From Verrucomicrobiia bacterium (GTDB lineage Bacteria > Verrucomicrobiota > Verrucomicrobiia > Palsa-1439): a stretch of DNA of 49,627 nucleotides. Made by a program: the position numbers and the translations under genes. Positions 7,940 through 17,914 of the stretch are shown in pieces. The stretch spans positions 1-49,627 of the forward strand of contig JBEKUF010000004.1 of the NCBI GenBank assembly GCA_049515295.1, in the 5' to 3' direction. The notes under the pieces were generated by a model that was not told the origin of the DNA, made no database searches, and was given only the letters and a program-made list of their open reading frames with translations. Positions within the stretch are counted from its first letter, which is position 1; every line of letters starts with the position of its first letter.

Positions 7940-10021
7940 GTGCGCGGGAATCGGAGGCGCGTTTTGTTTGATGGAGAAACGCAAATGCACTTCTCCATGT
8001 TTGAGACGATTTGCGGGGCCATGCGAGAGGATGAGCGAATCGAGACCTGTGCGACGTGTTGTTGGGAGGGCGGGCTTAAACTACCCGGTGCCGTTGTGGC
8101 TGAACTTCTTACCTCGAACACCCGGTTTGTTCCCTACCACAAGGCCAAGTGGAGGAAGTGGGACCTGTATGTTTCGAGTTGCTTCGATGTCGCCTGGCTG
8201 GCGCGCACCGCGCCTTGGGTGGACACGTTTCATGGTGTCGGAGAGAAATGGACCGCCACGGAAAACCGGCTGTACATGGTGCATCCACTGGCCGCGCGCT
8301 ATGACAAGTTGCTCTGTCCGAATCAGAGGCTGGCAGATCAATTCCAGGAACATCCCGAGTTTGTTAAGACCCAGGAAGCCCTACGGGTAACGGGCATGCC
8401 CCGGTCCGACCTGCTGGTGTGGCTGAACACCAAGGAGGTACGCTCGGCGCTCCACAGCCAATTGCGGCTCAAGCCAGGCGCGCCCACGGTCTTGCTCTCT
8501 CCCACGTACGGAACGGATGGATTGGCCCACAAGTTCGGCGTGGAAATCATCGAAGAATGTCTCCGCTCCGGCGTGAATCTGATCGTGAAGCTTCACTCGT
8601 GCTCGTATCTGGCCGATCCCAGGTTTAACGGCGGGGTGGATTGGGCGGAGCGCCTCGCGAAATACAAGAATCATGAGGGATTCCTGCATGCGCCTTACGC
8701 CAACCTGACCGCGTTGATGCTGCTGGCGGACATCATGATCGCCGATTTTGGTTCGGCGCCTGTTGAGTTTTCGTTGCTCGACCGGCCGTTGGTATTCTTC
8801 GCGATTGACGAACAGGCCAAGCTTCGAGGCGGGGACCGCTTCCAGTACAACCTGCTCTGTTCCGCTGGTGGGAACGTGGCCACCACGAAACAACTTGCGG
8901 GGATCCTCGCGCTCTTGACCAAGGGGGAGGACCCACGTACCACGGAGCGGTCCAAACTGAAAGGTCACTTTTTCCACCAGCCGGGCAGTGCAACTGCCAA
9001 TGCCCTGAAGGAAATGTATCACTTGATGGGGCTGACCGTCCCGGGGAACCTCGTCGAGAAGTATCTCGAAAGAAAGAAAGCCGAAGTCCTTGCCAATCCC
9101 GGCAGATTCCTCGGGTTGCCCGAAGACGCAATCCCAGCTGGCATGCCACCAGCGCACGTGAATGATTTCAGCGTTTCGTCCGCACGGTTGCAAGAATTCG
9201 CACAAGAGCTGAGCGCCTACAACGGCACACCCGTAGACCAGGTCGCGGCTCGACTGCAGGAGGAACTCCACGGCCTGGGTGGCCGCATCGCCGCGGAGTG
9301 GTGTGCGAAACGACCGGTGACCAGCGGCCAGATTCAACGGTTCTATCAAGAGACCGATGCCTATCTGTACGAATTACTGATCGACGGGGAGAATCCATTC
9401 CGCGATCAGACCCGTGATGCCATGATGCACGCCTTGCACAAGATCGGCGCTCGCCGCGTGTTCGAGTTTGGTGGCGGTATCGGTACGGATGCGATGTGGT
9501 TCACCCGCGCGGGACTTCAATGGACCTATTACGACCTGCCCCGCGGACAGACATCCCGATTCGCCTCCTGGCGCTTCCAAAAACAACAAGTTCCGATAAC
9601 CGTCGTGACCCATCCCAGCCAGAGCCGCGAAAACGATGCCGCCATCAGTGTCGAAGTTTTCGAACACCTGCCGAATCTGTTGGGTGCTCTGCGGGACATC
9701 AATCGTGCGTTGCGCCCTGGAGGATTGCTCATTTTTACCGAGAGCTTCGGCAAGACGAAACGCCACCCGCTTCACCTGAGCCGCGCGACCATCCAAGGCC
9801 GCTTTCTCAATGAGTTGATGCGAGCAGCCGGGTTCGAACCGGTACACCGCTTTGGCCCAGAGGACTGCCTTTACCGCACAATCAAACGCCGCGATCCGAC
9901 GCCATTTGACTGGCTTCACGCGATCGTGTTGATCGCAGGGCGCGTCGCTCACAAGCTTCCGGCCAAACTGTGGCGTGCATTGTCCCAACGCAGTCCTGTC
10001 ACGCACGGGAGCGGTTCATGA
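7940..10021 (+). CDS. CDP-glycerol:glycerophosphotransferase (TagB/TagF-like) domain fused to a C-terminal SAM methyltransferase
   Basis: N-terminal TFHG, TGMPRSD, VLLSPTY, IVKLH, ADIMIADFGSAPVEFSLLDRP. C-terminal VFEFGGGIG, EVFEHL, LRPGG. Confidence 0.8.
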   Translation: MRGNRRRVLFDGETQMHFSMFETICGAMREDERIETCATCCWEGGLKLPGAVVAELLTSNTRFVPYHKAKWRKWDLYVSSCFDVAWLARTAPWVDTFHGVGEKWTATENRLYMVHPLAARYDKLLCPNQRLADQFQEHPEFVKTQEALRVTGMPRSDLLVWLNTKEVRSALHSQLRLKPGAPTVLLSPTYGTDGLAHKFGVEIIEECLRSGVNLIVKLHSCSYLADPRFNGGVDWAERLAKYKNHEGFLHAPYANLTALMLLADIMIADFGSAPVEFSLLDRPLVFFAIDEQAKLRGGDRFQYNLLCSAGGNVATTKQLAGILALLTKGEDPRTTERSKLKGHFFHQPGSATANALKEMYHLMGLTVPGNLVEKYLERKKAEVLANPGRFLGLPEDAIPAGMPPAHVNDFSVSSARLQEFAQELSAYNGTPVDQVAARLQEELHGLGGRIAAEWCAKRPVTSGQIQRFYQETDAYLYELLIDGENPFRDQTRDAMMHALHKIGARRVFEFGGGIGTDAMWFTRAGLQWTYYDLPRGQTSRFASWRFQKQQVPITVVTHPSQSRENDAAISVEVFEHLPNLLGALRDINRALRPGGLLIFTESFGKTKRHPLHLSRATIQGRFLNELMRAAGFEPVHRFGPEDCLYRTIKRRDPTPFDWLHAIVLIAGRVAHKLPAKLWRALSQRSPVTHGSGS

Positions 10022-11160
10022 AAATCGCCGTCGCGTCTGCATTCCTGGGACACGTCCTGCGCGGCGTTGAAAGTTGGGCGCAAGACCTGTCCGCGGAACT
10101 GCACCGGCGTGGAATCGATGTCACGCTCTTTCAAGGCGGCGGCCCGCCCGATACCTCCTACGCCCGTCACATCCCCTGCCCGGATCACACGGCCCCATTC
10201 TGGAAGCAAGTGACGCGTTTCACCCGACATGGTTTGTGGCGCTATGGGCTCGGTTCACCACTGCACATGCAACAAGTGGTGTTCGCACGGCGCGTCGCCC
10301 GCGAATTGCATCGGGGCAGGTTTGATATCGTCCACACCCAGGATCCCGGCACCGCGCTGGTCCTGGAGAGGGCACGGCGGGCGGGCCATCACTCCAGCAA
10401 AGTCATCCTGGCCAATGGCACCGAGGAACCATTCGAGTTCCTGAACCAGTTCGCACACGTCCAGGAACTGGCCCCGTACTATCTGGAATTGGACCGCAGG
10501 AACGGACTGTCCCCTGACCGGGAATGGTTTGCCATTCCCAACTTTGTCGATGGCGATGTCTATGCGCCGGGGGATCAGGCACAGGCCCGGCAAAAGTTTG
10601 GTATCCCTCTGGACCGATTCGTCGTGTTCGACGCTGCCGCACTCAAATTGACTCACAAGAGACTGGATTGGCTGGCCAAAGAAATCGCCATCGCTCGCCA
10701 AAAACATCCGCATATCATGTTGATCGTGGCCGGAGCGACCACCCCGGAAACCCCCCAGGTCGAGCACGCCATTCGCAAGTATCTCGGGGAAGACGCGTGG
10801 ATTCTCAAGGACATCCCGCGCCAGAACATGCCGGACCTCTACCGGGCCGCGGACGTGTTCGCCCACGCTGCGCTCACGGAAATGTTCGCCATTGTCCTGC
10901 TCGAAGCCGGCGCGAGCGGCCTGGGAATGCGCGGACACAAATTCCCCGTGATCGAATGGGTCATCGGGGCCGGCGGCGTTTGTCTCGACATGGAAGCACC
11001 GGGCAAGCTGGCACTTTCGATAGTCGACTCCATCGAGAATCCCCTCCTGAGTGCGCAACGCGGAAGCAATGCCCGTCACCTGGTTATGGAACGGTTCGAT
11101 CGAGTTCGTGTTGTTGACCAGATCGTCGCCATGTATGAGGCCGTATTGAAACACCGATGA
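10018..11160 (+). CDS. Glycosyltransferase family 4
   Basis: IPNFVD, YRAADVF, EMFAIVLLE (EX7E). ATGA overlap with the upstream gene. Confidence 0.9.
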   Translation: MKIAVASAFLGHVLRGVESWAQDLSAELHRRGIDVTLFQGGGPPDTSYARHIPCPDHTAPFWKQVTRFTRHGLWRYGLGSPLHMQQVVFARRVARELHRGRFDIVHTQDPGTALVLERARRAGHHSSKVILANGTEEPFEFLNQFAHVQELAPYYLELDRRNGLSPDREWFAIPNFVDGDVYAPGDQAQARQKFGIPLDRFVVFDAAALKLTHKRLDWLAKEIAIARQKHPHIMLIVAGATTPETPQVEHAIRKYLGEDAWILKDIPRQNMPDLYRAADVFAHAALTEMFAIVLLEAGASGLGMRGHKFPVIEWVIGAGGVCLDMEAPGKLALSIVDSIENPLLSAQRGSNARHLVMERFDRVRVVDQIVAMYEAVLKHR

Positions 11161-12098
11161 CCTCCCCGCTTGTCAGCGTCGTGATCCCAACCTACAACTA
11201 CGGACACTATATCTGCGAGACGGTCGAGAGCGCGCTCGCCCAGACCTACTCGCCGGTCGAGATCATCGTTGTCGACGACGGTTCCACGGATGATACCCGT
11301 GAGCGCCTGGCCACCTACGGCAACCGTGTGCGCTACATCCGCCAGCAAAATCGTGGCCTGTCGGCGGCGCGCAACACGGGCATCCAGGCGGCGCAAGGAG
11401 CGTTCATCGCACTGCTGGATTCGGACGATCTCTGGTTGCCCGACAAGCTGGAGCGACAGGTCGCCGTCGCCGTCCACCAACCCGATGCCGGACTGGTGGC
11501 CTCGGAGGCGTTCACGATCTGCGAAGACGGACAACGGCTCGATTTTGAGAAGGAGCGCTGCCCGCGCGAAGGCTTTCGAGAACTGACGGTACGTGATTTG
11601 CTGGAATTTGGGGCTTTCAGCCCTTCCTCGGTCTTGACGCGTAGAGACGCACTGCTAGATGGGGGCGGATTTGACGAGGGGCTGAAGGCCGCAGAGGACT
11701 TGGAAATGTGGATCCGTATCGCGGTGCGCAGCCGGGTCTTGCGTTTGAATGCCTCGTTGACCGGGCAGCGGGAGCATTCGGGAAGCATGAGCCACCAGGC
11801 GGACCGGATGTTCCAAAACCATCGAAGAGCCATTGATCAGTTGTTTGTTAGCGTCCCGCAATTGCGTGGACGATTGAAGTGGCGCCGGATCGCCGAGGCA
11901 CGGATGCACCGGGAGGTGGCGTTCATGCGCTTCAGCGGCGGAGACCGCACCGGCGCCTTGCGGGACTTGCTGCGCTCAGGCTGTCGCTGGCCATTCGCCT
12001 TGCGCGACCGCCAGGCAAAAAAGAAACATCTCGAGCGGGCCAAGATGTTCCTGCGATATGGTCTCGTGAGAAAACCCGTTGCGGAAGGAGGCAGCTAG
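11157..12098 (+). CDS. Glycosyltransferase family 2
   Basis: VSVVIPTYN, VVDDGSTD, NRGLSAARNTG, LDSDD. Confidence 0.93.
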   Translation: MTSPLVSVVIPTYNYGHYICETVESALAQTYSPVEIIVVDDGSTDDTRERLATYGNRVRYIRQQNRGLSAARNTGIQAAQGAFIALLDSDDLWLPDKLERQVAVAVHQPDAGLVASEAFTICEDGQRLDFEKERCPREGFRELTVRDLLEFGAFSPSSVLTRRDALLDGGGFDEGLKAAEDLEMWIRIAVRSRVLRLNASLTGQREHSGSMSHQADRMFQNHRRAIDQLFVSVPQLRGRLKWRRIAEARMHREVAFMRFSGGDRTGALRDLLRSGCRWPFALRDRQAKKKHLERAKMFLRYGLVRKPVAEGGS

Positions 12099-12102
12099 TT
12101 CC

Positions 12103-13398
12103 ATGGGGTTTTTCCTGGTCTGCCTGTACGTCGCGGTCCTGCTGTTGCGCCCGCAGGAGTGGTACGAACCCGTCAAGGGATACGAACTGGTGAACATCAT
12201 CGCCATCCCGACGATCCTGATCGCGTTCATCGAGCAAAGTAAGAGTAAGACCGGCAGCTTCTTCCTCCGCAACCGATTTTCCCAGGCGATGCTGGGGTTG
12301 TTCGCTTCCGTGATGCTGTCCCAGTTGGTCCGCCTCCGCATCTCCGGCGCGATCGACGCCGTCCGGGAATTCGGAAAGATCGTGATCCTTTTCTACCTTG
12401 TGGCGATCCTGGCCAATACGCTGCGGCGACTGAGAATCATGATGTGGGTCATCATCGTCTCATCGATGATCCTGGCCTATCATACCTACCTGCAAGTCCA
12501 GACTGGACACGGCTTTGGCAATATTGAACCGTACGGCTCGTACGACACGGGGGACTTTCGCGTCATCGGCTCCGGCATCTTTGCCGACCCGAACGATTTC
12601 GCCATGCTGTACCTGATGGCCATGCCCTTCGCTGTCTGTTTGCTCACCGCCGGCGAGTCGATCGCCGGCAAGCTGCTCTTGTTATGCAGCCTGCCGCCCA
12701 TGGTGTACGTGCTATACTTTACCCAATCACGTGGCGGCATCATCGGGTTCTGCGCCATGATTATCGCCTATTTTTGGACAACCACGAAAAACCTCTTGAT
12801 CCGTCTCTTTCTACTGGTCGCTCTGCTCTCTGTCATTGCGGTCTTCGGCCCGGAACGCGCCCGGGGCACGTACGTGGAAGGCTCGGCGTCGGGACGCGTG
12901 ATGCAATGGGGTTACGGAATCCAAATGCTGAAGGAAAACCCGTTGTTCGGGTTTGGGTACCAACGGTGGCCGGACTACAGTGGCGGTATGGCAGCGCACA
13001 ATTCGCTGGTCAATTGTTTCGGCGAACTCGGTCTGGTCGGCTACATCTGCTGGTTTACTCTGTGTCTTCTCATCGTGAAGTCCGTGCTTCGCATCGCCCG
13101 TGCCGAAGGCCAAATCGATTTCAAGACGCGGCGGGTCGCCAACGGACTGTTCGCCGCCCAGGTCGGCTACCTGACCGCGGCCTTCTTTCTCACCCGAACC
13201 TATAACCCCGTCCTCTTCTTCCTCCTCGGCATGGGATTTGGATTGATCCGCTGGGTCGAGATCCAACAACCAGCTGCCGCGCCGCTGGTACAGATTTCCA
13301 TGCGCGACATGCGACAAAGTGCGATCTACGCGCTCGCGAGCATTCCGTTGATCTGGCTCATCATCCGCGCGTATTGGGCGGTTAGCGGCTCGGGCTAA
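12103..13398 (+). CDS. O-antigen ligase/Wzy-polymerase family membrane protein
   Basis: Multi-TM; DPNDFA, TQSRGG, ENPLFGFG, AHNS..GELGLVG. AAGGAGG RBS before ATG 12103. Confidence 0.88.
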   Translation: MGFFLVCLYVAVLLLRPQEWYEPVKGYELVNIIAIPTILIAFIEQSKSKTGSFFLRNRFSQAMLGLFASVMLSQLVRLRISGAIDAVREFGKIVILFYLVAILANTLRRLRIMMWVIIVSSMILAYHTYLQVQTGHGFGNIEPYGSYDTGDFRVIGSGIFADPNDFAMLYLMAMPFAVCLLTAGESIAGKLLLLCSLPPMVYVLYFTQSRGGIIGFCAMIIAYFWTTTKNLLIRLFLLVALLSVIAVFGPERARGTYVEGSASGRVMQWGYGIQMLKENPLFGFGYQRWPDYSGGMAAHNSLVNCFGELGLVGYICWFTLCLLIVKSVLRIARAEGQIDFKTRRVANGLFAAQVGYLTAAFFLTRTYNPVLFFLLGMGFGLIRWVEIQQPAAAPLVQISMRDMRQSAIYALASIPLIWLIIRAYWAVSGSG

Positions 13399-13669
13399 GC
13401 CATCGAACGTCCTGCGCCAAACACAAACCCAAACGAACCCAACGCATGTCTACGAGTTTCCGCGTCCTACGTCTCAGAAAACCAACCAGTTGGAGCCAGA
13501 CCATGCGGCAGGAGTTGTTACAACGGGTCGTCGGCACCGCGCGGGAGGACGGATAACAGGTGGCGATCATGCAGATGAAGACGCCAACCTGTCCTCTTGC
13601 GCTCGGTCGCGAGCCACACCCGATGTCCTTGCAAACAACCATTCAACCAGAGAAGATAGGGACCAGCTT

Positions 13670-14368
13670 ATGAAAGCAGTCATCCTCGCCGGCGGCTTGG
13701 GTACCCGATTGCGACCATTCACCGAGATTATCCCGAAACCATTGCTCCCAATCGGTGAAAAGTCGGTTCTGGAAATCCAGATCGAGCGGCTGAAAAAGTA
13801 CGGATTTGACGAGATCTTCCTTGCCACCAACTACAAGGCCGATTATCTCGAACGCTTCGTCGGGGACGGTTCGCAATACGGCGTACGCGTCACGGTCAGC
13901 CAGGAAACGAAACCGCTCGGTACCGCGGGACCAGTGACGCTTCTGCGGGACAAGCTGACGGAGCCGTTCGTGGTGATGAACGGTGATATCCTCAGCCTGA
14001 TCGATTTCACGGATTTCTACAAGTTCGCCATGAAGCAGGAGGCCTGGCTGACCATCGCCATTCGTCAGCACATCACACCGTATGCCTTCGGGGACATCTT
14101 TTTCGAGGGAGACCGCGTCACGGGGATTGAGGAAAAGCCCAACATTGTGAAATTCATCCTGGCGGGCATCTACATCATGCGCCCTCAGATCTTCGAGATC
14201 ATCCCGGCGGACACCTACTTCGGCATGGATCTGCTTATCAAGGAAATGCTCAAGCGAGGCTTGCCGGTGGTCAAATACAATCTCGAGGCATACTGGCTCG
14301 ACATCGGACAAATCACCGATTTCGAAAAAGCGCAGGACATCTACCGTCAGCACTTCAAAGAGAATTAA
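13670..14368 (+). CDS. Sugar-1-phosphate nucleotidyltransferase (guanylyltransferase-like)
   Basis: MKAVILAGGLGTRLRPFT..PKPLLP, PLGTAG, MNGDIL, EEKP, WLDIG. Confidence 0.92.
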   Translation: MKAVILAGGLGTRLRPFTEIIPKPLLPIGEKSVLEIQIERLKKYGFDEIFLATNYKADYLERFVGDGSQYGVRVTVSQETKPLGTAGPVTLLRDKLTEPFVVMNGDILSLIDFTDFYKFAMKQEAWLTIAIRQHITPYAFGDIFFEGDRVTGIEEKPNIVKFILAGIYIMRPQIFEIIPADTYFGMDLLIKEMLKRGLPVVKYNLEAYWLDIGQITDFEKAQDIYRQHFKEN

Positions 14369-14370
14369 TC

Positions 14371-15351
14371 ATGCGAGTTCTGGTCACTGGTTGCGCCGGC
14401 TACATCGGCTCCGTTCTGACGCGTCAGCTGCTTGGCCAGGGCCACCATGTTCGGGGAATGGACGCGCTGTTCTTCGGTGGTGATTCCCTGCTCGATATCA
14501 TGACGCATCCGCGTTTCGAATTCGTCCGCGCCGACGTGCGCGACAACAAGGCATTGGTCGCCGCGTTGGACGGCGTGGAAGCAGTCGCCCACCTAGCGGC
14601 AATCGTTGGCGATCCCGCGTGCGCCCAGCAACCCGACCTGGCTCGCGCGATCAACCTCGAAGCGTCCACGACGTTGCTCCGGCTCTGTAATGAGAACCTC
14701 TCTGTCCAGCGTTTCGTGTTCGCGTCCACGTGCAGCAACTACGGCAAAATGCAGGGCGATGGATACGTCAAGGAAGATTCTCCGCTTCGTCCAGTTTCGC
14801 TGTATGCCGAACTCAAGGTTGGATTCGAAAAGCATCTCTTGCAGGCCGTCCTGCGACCGAATCTTATCGCCACAGCCTTGCGCTTCGCCACGGTCTACGG
14901 AGTATCTCCCCGGATGCGGTTTGATCTGACGGTCAATGAGTTCGTTCGCGATCTGGCTCTGGGAAGGACACTGCGCGTTTTCGGCCAGCAGTTTTGGCGG
15001 CCCTACTGCCACGTCGAAGACCTGGCTCGGTCCGTTGTTCTCATCCTTGAATCCCCCGCCGACAAAGTCCGACAGGACGTTTTCAACGTCGGCGATACGC
15101 GCGAGAACTACACGAAGGAAATGATCGTAAACGAAATCTTCAAGTGCTTGCGCGACGCGCCGCGCACGCTGGTCACCTACGTACAGAAAACAGAAGACCC
15201 TCGCGATTATCGCGTCGATTTTTCGAAGATTCATTCGACGCTCGGATTTCAAATCACCAAGCGCGTTCCCGATGGGATTCGCGAACTCTCCGTCCTGCTT
15301 CGTCACGGAGTGATCAGCGATCCGGATGCCGCGCGATTCAAAAATGTCTGA
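14371..15351 (+). CDS. NAD-dependent epimerase/dehydratase (extended SDR)
   Basis: VTGCAGYIG, HLAAIVGDP, ASTCSNYG, YAELK, RFATVYG. Confidence 0.92.
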   Translation: MRVLVTGCAGYIGSVLTRQLLGQGHHVRGMDALFFGGDSLLDIMTHPRFEFVRADVRDNKALVAALDGVEAVAHLAAIVGDPACAQQPDLARAINLEASTTLLRLCNENLSVQRFVFASTCSNYGKMQGDGYVKEDSPLRPVSLYAELKVGFEKHLLQAVLRPNLIATALRFATVYGVSPRMRFDLTVNEFVRDLALGRTLRVFGQQFWRPYCHVEDLARSVVLILESPADKVRQDVFNVGDTRENYTKEMIVNEIFKCLRDAPRTLVTYVQKTEDPRDYRVDFSKIHSTLGFQITKRVPDGIRELSVLLRHGVISDPDAARFKNV

Positions 15352-16522
15352 CGGTTCCAACAGCTTTATTCCGCTCAGCGTTCCCGTCATTCAGGGGAAC
15401 GAATGGACCTACGTCAAGGAATGCCTCGACACGGGTTGGGTGTCATCCGCTGGCAAATTCGTCGACCGCTTTGAGCACGAGACCAGCCAGTTCACGGGTG
15501 CAAAATACGCCGTGGCTTGCGCCTCGGGCACCGCCGCACTACATGTCGCGCTTCGAATCGCTGGCGTGTCTGCCGGCGACGAGGTCATCGTGCCTACCGT
15601 CACCTTTATCGCGTCGGTCAATTCCATCCGCTACGTCGATGCGCAGCCCGTGTTCATGGATTGCGACGACTACTACAATCTCGACGTGGAGAAAACGCGG
15701 AGCTTCATTCTGCAGGAGACTGTTTTCAGGGACGGCCACACGTACAATCGCCAGACCAGCCGCCGCATCGCCGCGGTCATGCCGGTGCACGTGTTCGGCA
15801 ACGCCGTGTGGCTCGATGAACTGTTGCCATTGTGCCGGGAGCGCAACATCAAGCTCATCGAGGATGCCGCAGAAAGTATCGGCACGAGGTACGCGACCGG
15901 CCAATTCAAGGGAGGGCACACGGGCACCGTCGGCGACATTGGCTGCCTGTCGTTCAATGGCAACAAGATCATCACCACCGGCGGCGGCGGCATGATCCTT
16001 ACCAACCATCGCGAGTTCGCCGACCAGGCAAAATATCTCACCACCCAGGCCAAGGACGACGACCTCCGGTTTGTTCACAACGATGTCGGTTACAATTACC
16101 GGTTGACGAACGTCCAAGCGGCCATCGGCGTGGCTCAACTGGAGCAGATCGGCAAGTATCTGGAGCGGAAACATGGAAACTATGCGACTTACAAGAGGCA
16201 GATCGACGACATTCCCGGCCTCCACCTCGCCGAAGGTCCTGCGTATGCTTCCAACAACCACTGGATGTACGCGCTGCAAATCGACAGCGCAAAGTACGGG
16301 TTGGATCGAGAGCAACTCATGGCCGAGATGAGCCGTAATCAGATCCAAACGCGCCCGCTCTGGCTGTTGAACCATCGACAGCGTTCCTATGCGAATTGTC
16401 AGCATTACCAAATTGACCGCGCCAACCACTTGCTGGATGTCACACTGAACCTGCCGTGCTCGGTGGACTTGACTCCGCTGCAAATTCAGCGTGTGATCAA
16501 AGTCTTGCGACAACAATCATGA
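15344..16522 (+). CDS. legC: LegC-family PLP-dependent sugar aminotransferase
   Basis: GNEWTYVKECLDTGWVSSAGKFVDRFE, EDAAESIG, SFNGNKIITTGGGG, GYNYRL. Confidence 0.85.
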   Translation: MSDGSNSFIPLSVPVIQGNEWTYVKECLDTGWVSSAGKFVDRFEHETSQFTGAKYAVACASGTAALHVALRIAGVSAGDEVIVPTVTFIASVNSIRYVDAQPVFMDCDDYYNLDVEKTRSFILQETVFRDGHTYNRQTSRRIAAVMPVHVFGNAVWLDELLPLCRERNIKLIEDAAESIGTRYATGQFKGGHTGTVGDIGCLSFNGNKIITTGGGGMILTNHREFADQAKYLTTQAKDDDLRFVHNDVGYNYRLTNVQAAIGVAQLEQIGKYLERKHGNYATYKRQIDDIPGLHLAEGPAYASNNHWMYALQIDSAKYGLDREQLMAEMSRNQIQTRPLWLLNHRQRSYANCQHYQIDRANHLLDVTLNLPCSVDLTPLQIQRVIKVLRQQS

Positions 16523-17190
16523 AGGACATCGTGATCGTCGGACACGGCGGGCTGGCGCGTGAGGTGGCGTTCCTCATTGGTGAAATCAATCGGGCAACAC
16601 CCACGTGGAATCTGCTCGGCTACATTGCCTCCGACGCCGCGTCACTCTCCAAACCCGTGGGCCAGCACACCGTGCGGGGAACTGACGAGTGGCTTTCGAA
16701 ATCCACCAAGGAAATCGCCGTGGCCATCGCCATCGGCCAGCCGTCGCAGCTGCGCACGTTGCACGACCGCTTTCGGCAGAATTCGAAGTTGTCGTTCCCC
16801 AACCTCATCCATCCTTCGGTTACCGGAGACTGGGAACGGATCGCCATGGATTCGGGTAACATCGTTCTGAACAACGCGTCGTTCACGACCGATATCAGGC
16901 TCGGGTCACTGAACGTCATTAATCCCGGTGCCACGATTGCGCACGATTGCGTTCTGGGGAGTTACAATCTGATTAATCCCGGAGCGAGCTTGTCGGGCGA
17001 GGTTGTGCTGGGCGACGAAATCCTTTTGGGCACCGGTGCCCGGGTCCTCCAGCAGTTGCACCTGTGCAGTTGCGCGGTCATCGGAGCCGGGGCCGTCGTC
17101 ACCCGCAGCATCGACAAGCCCGGGGTGTACATTGGCATCCCGGCGCGCGAAATGAACGCGGCTCACAGCCAAACCGATGGAGAACGGTAG
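16519..17190 (+). CDS. NeuD/PglD-family sugar acetyltransferase (left-handed beta-helix)
   Basis: IVIVGHGGLAREV, NLIHPS, IAHDCVLG, IGAGAVVT, GIPAR. Confidence 0.9.
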   Translation: MKDIVIVGHGGLAREVAFLIGEINRATPTWNLLGYIASDAASLSKPVGQHTVRGTDEWLSKSTKEIAVAIAIGQPSQLRTLHDRFRQNSKLSFPNLIHPSVTGDWERIAMDSGNIVLNNASFTTDIRLGSLNVINPGATIAHDCVLGSYNLINPGASLSGEVVLGDEILLGTGARVLQQLHLCSCAVIGAGAVVTRSIDKPGVYIGIPAREMNAAHSQTDGER

Positions 17191-17909
17191 TGAAGACACT
17201 CGTCAGCGTCATCGCCTACAACGAAGAACCCAATATCCGCGCGACGATTGAGGATCTGCGCACGCACAATTGTGGCTTTGACCTCGTGGTCATCGATAAT
17301 GGTTCGCATGACGCCACGACCACTATCTGCCGCGACTTGGGCGTGCGGGTCGTCTCGCACTGCATCAATACCGGCGGTTCGATGGGCACCGTGACCAGCT
17401 ACTTCAATTTCGCCTATGACCACGGGTATGATTGCCTCTGCCAATTTGACGGCGACGGACAGCATTTGGCCACCGAATTGCCGGCGATCATCGCGCCGGT
17501 TCAACGTGGCGAAGCGGATTATGTGATCGGCTCCCGGTTCCTCGCCAAAGAAGGGTTTCAATCCACCGCCCTGCGACGAATCGGGATCTCGTCCTTCTCC
17601 TGGATCGTGTCCAACATCGTCGGCCAGAAGGTCACGGACGTTACGTCCGGTTTCCGGGCCTACAGCCGAAAAGTCATCGAGTTTTTCGGGGCCTACTATC
17701 GGTACGAGGTTCATGATACGAGCCAGCTACTGCTCCTGAGCTATTTCAGTGGGGCGCGGATCACCGAAGTGCCGATCCGCATGCGCCAGCGTGCGCATGG
17801 AAAGTCCGAATACGGATTGCGGGACGCGCTCACGTTTCCGCTCAAGGGAATCGTGAGTATAACCGGCGCGCTACTGCAGCGCCAACAGATCCAAGTCAAA
17901 AGGCGTTAA
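17190..17909 (+). CDS. GT2 polyprenyl-phosphate glycosyltransferase (DPM1-like)
   Basis: AYNEE, IDNGSHD, QFDGDGQH, VIGSRF, DVTSGFRA. GTG start overlaps the upstream TAG. Confidence 0.88.
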   Translation: MKTLVSVIAYNEEPNIRATIEDLRTHNCGFDLVVIDNGSHDATTTICRDLGVRVVSHCINTGGSMGTVTSYFNFAYDHGYDCLCQFDGDGQHLATELPAIIAPVQRGEADYVIGSRFLAKEGFQSTALRRIGISSFSWIVSNIVGQKVTDVTSGFRAYSRKVIEFFGAYYRYEVHDTSQLLLLSYFSGARITEVPIRMRQRAHGKSEYGLRDALTFPLKGIVSITGALLQRQQIQVKRR

Positions 17910-17914
17910 CAGCT

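Noticed and set aside
13670-17190. Complete legionaminic/sialic acid pathway
   Set aside because: No NeuB-type synthase, NeuC-type epimerase or NeuA-type CMP-transferase is in the window.
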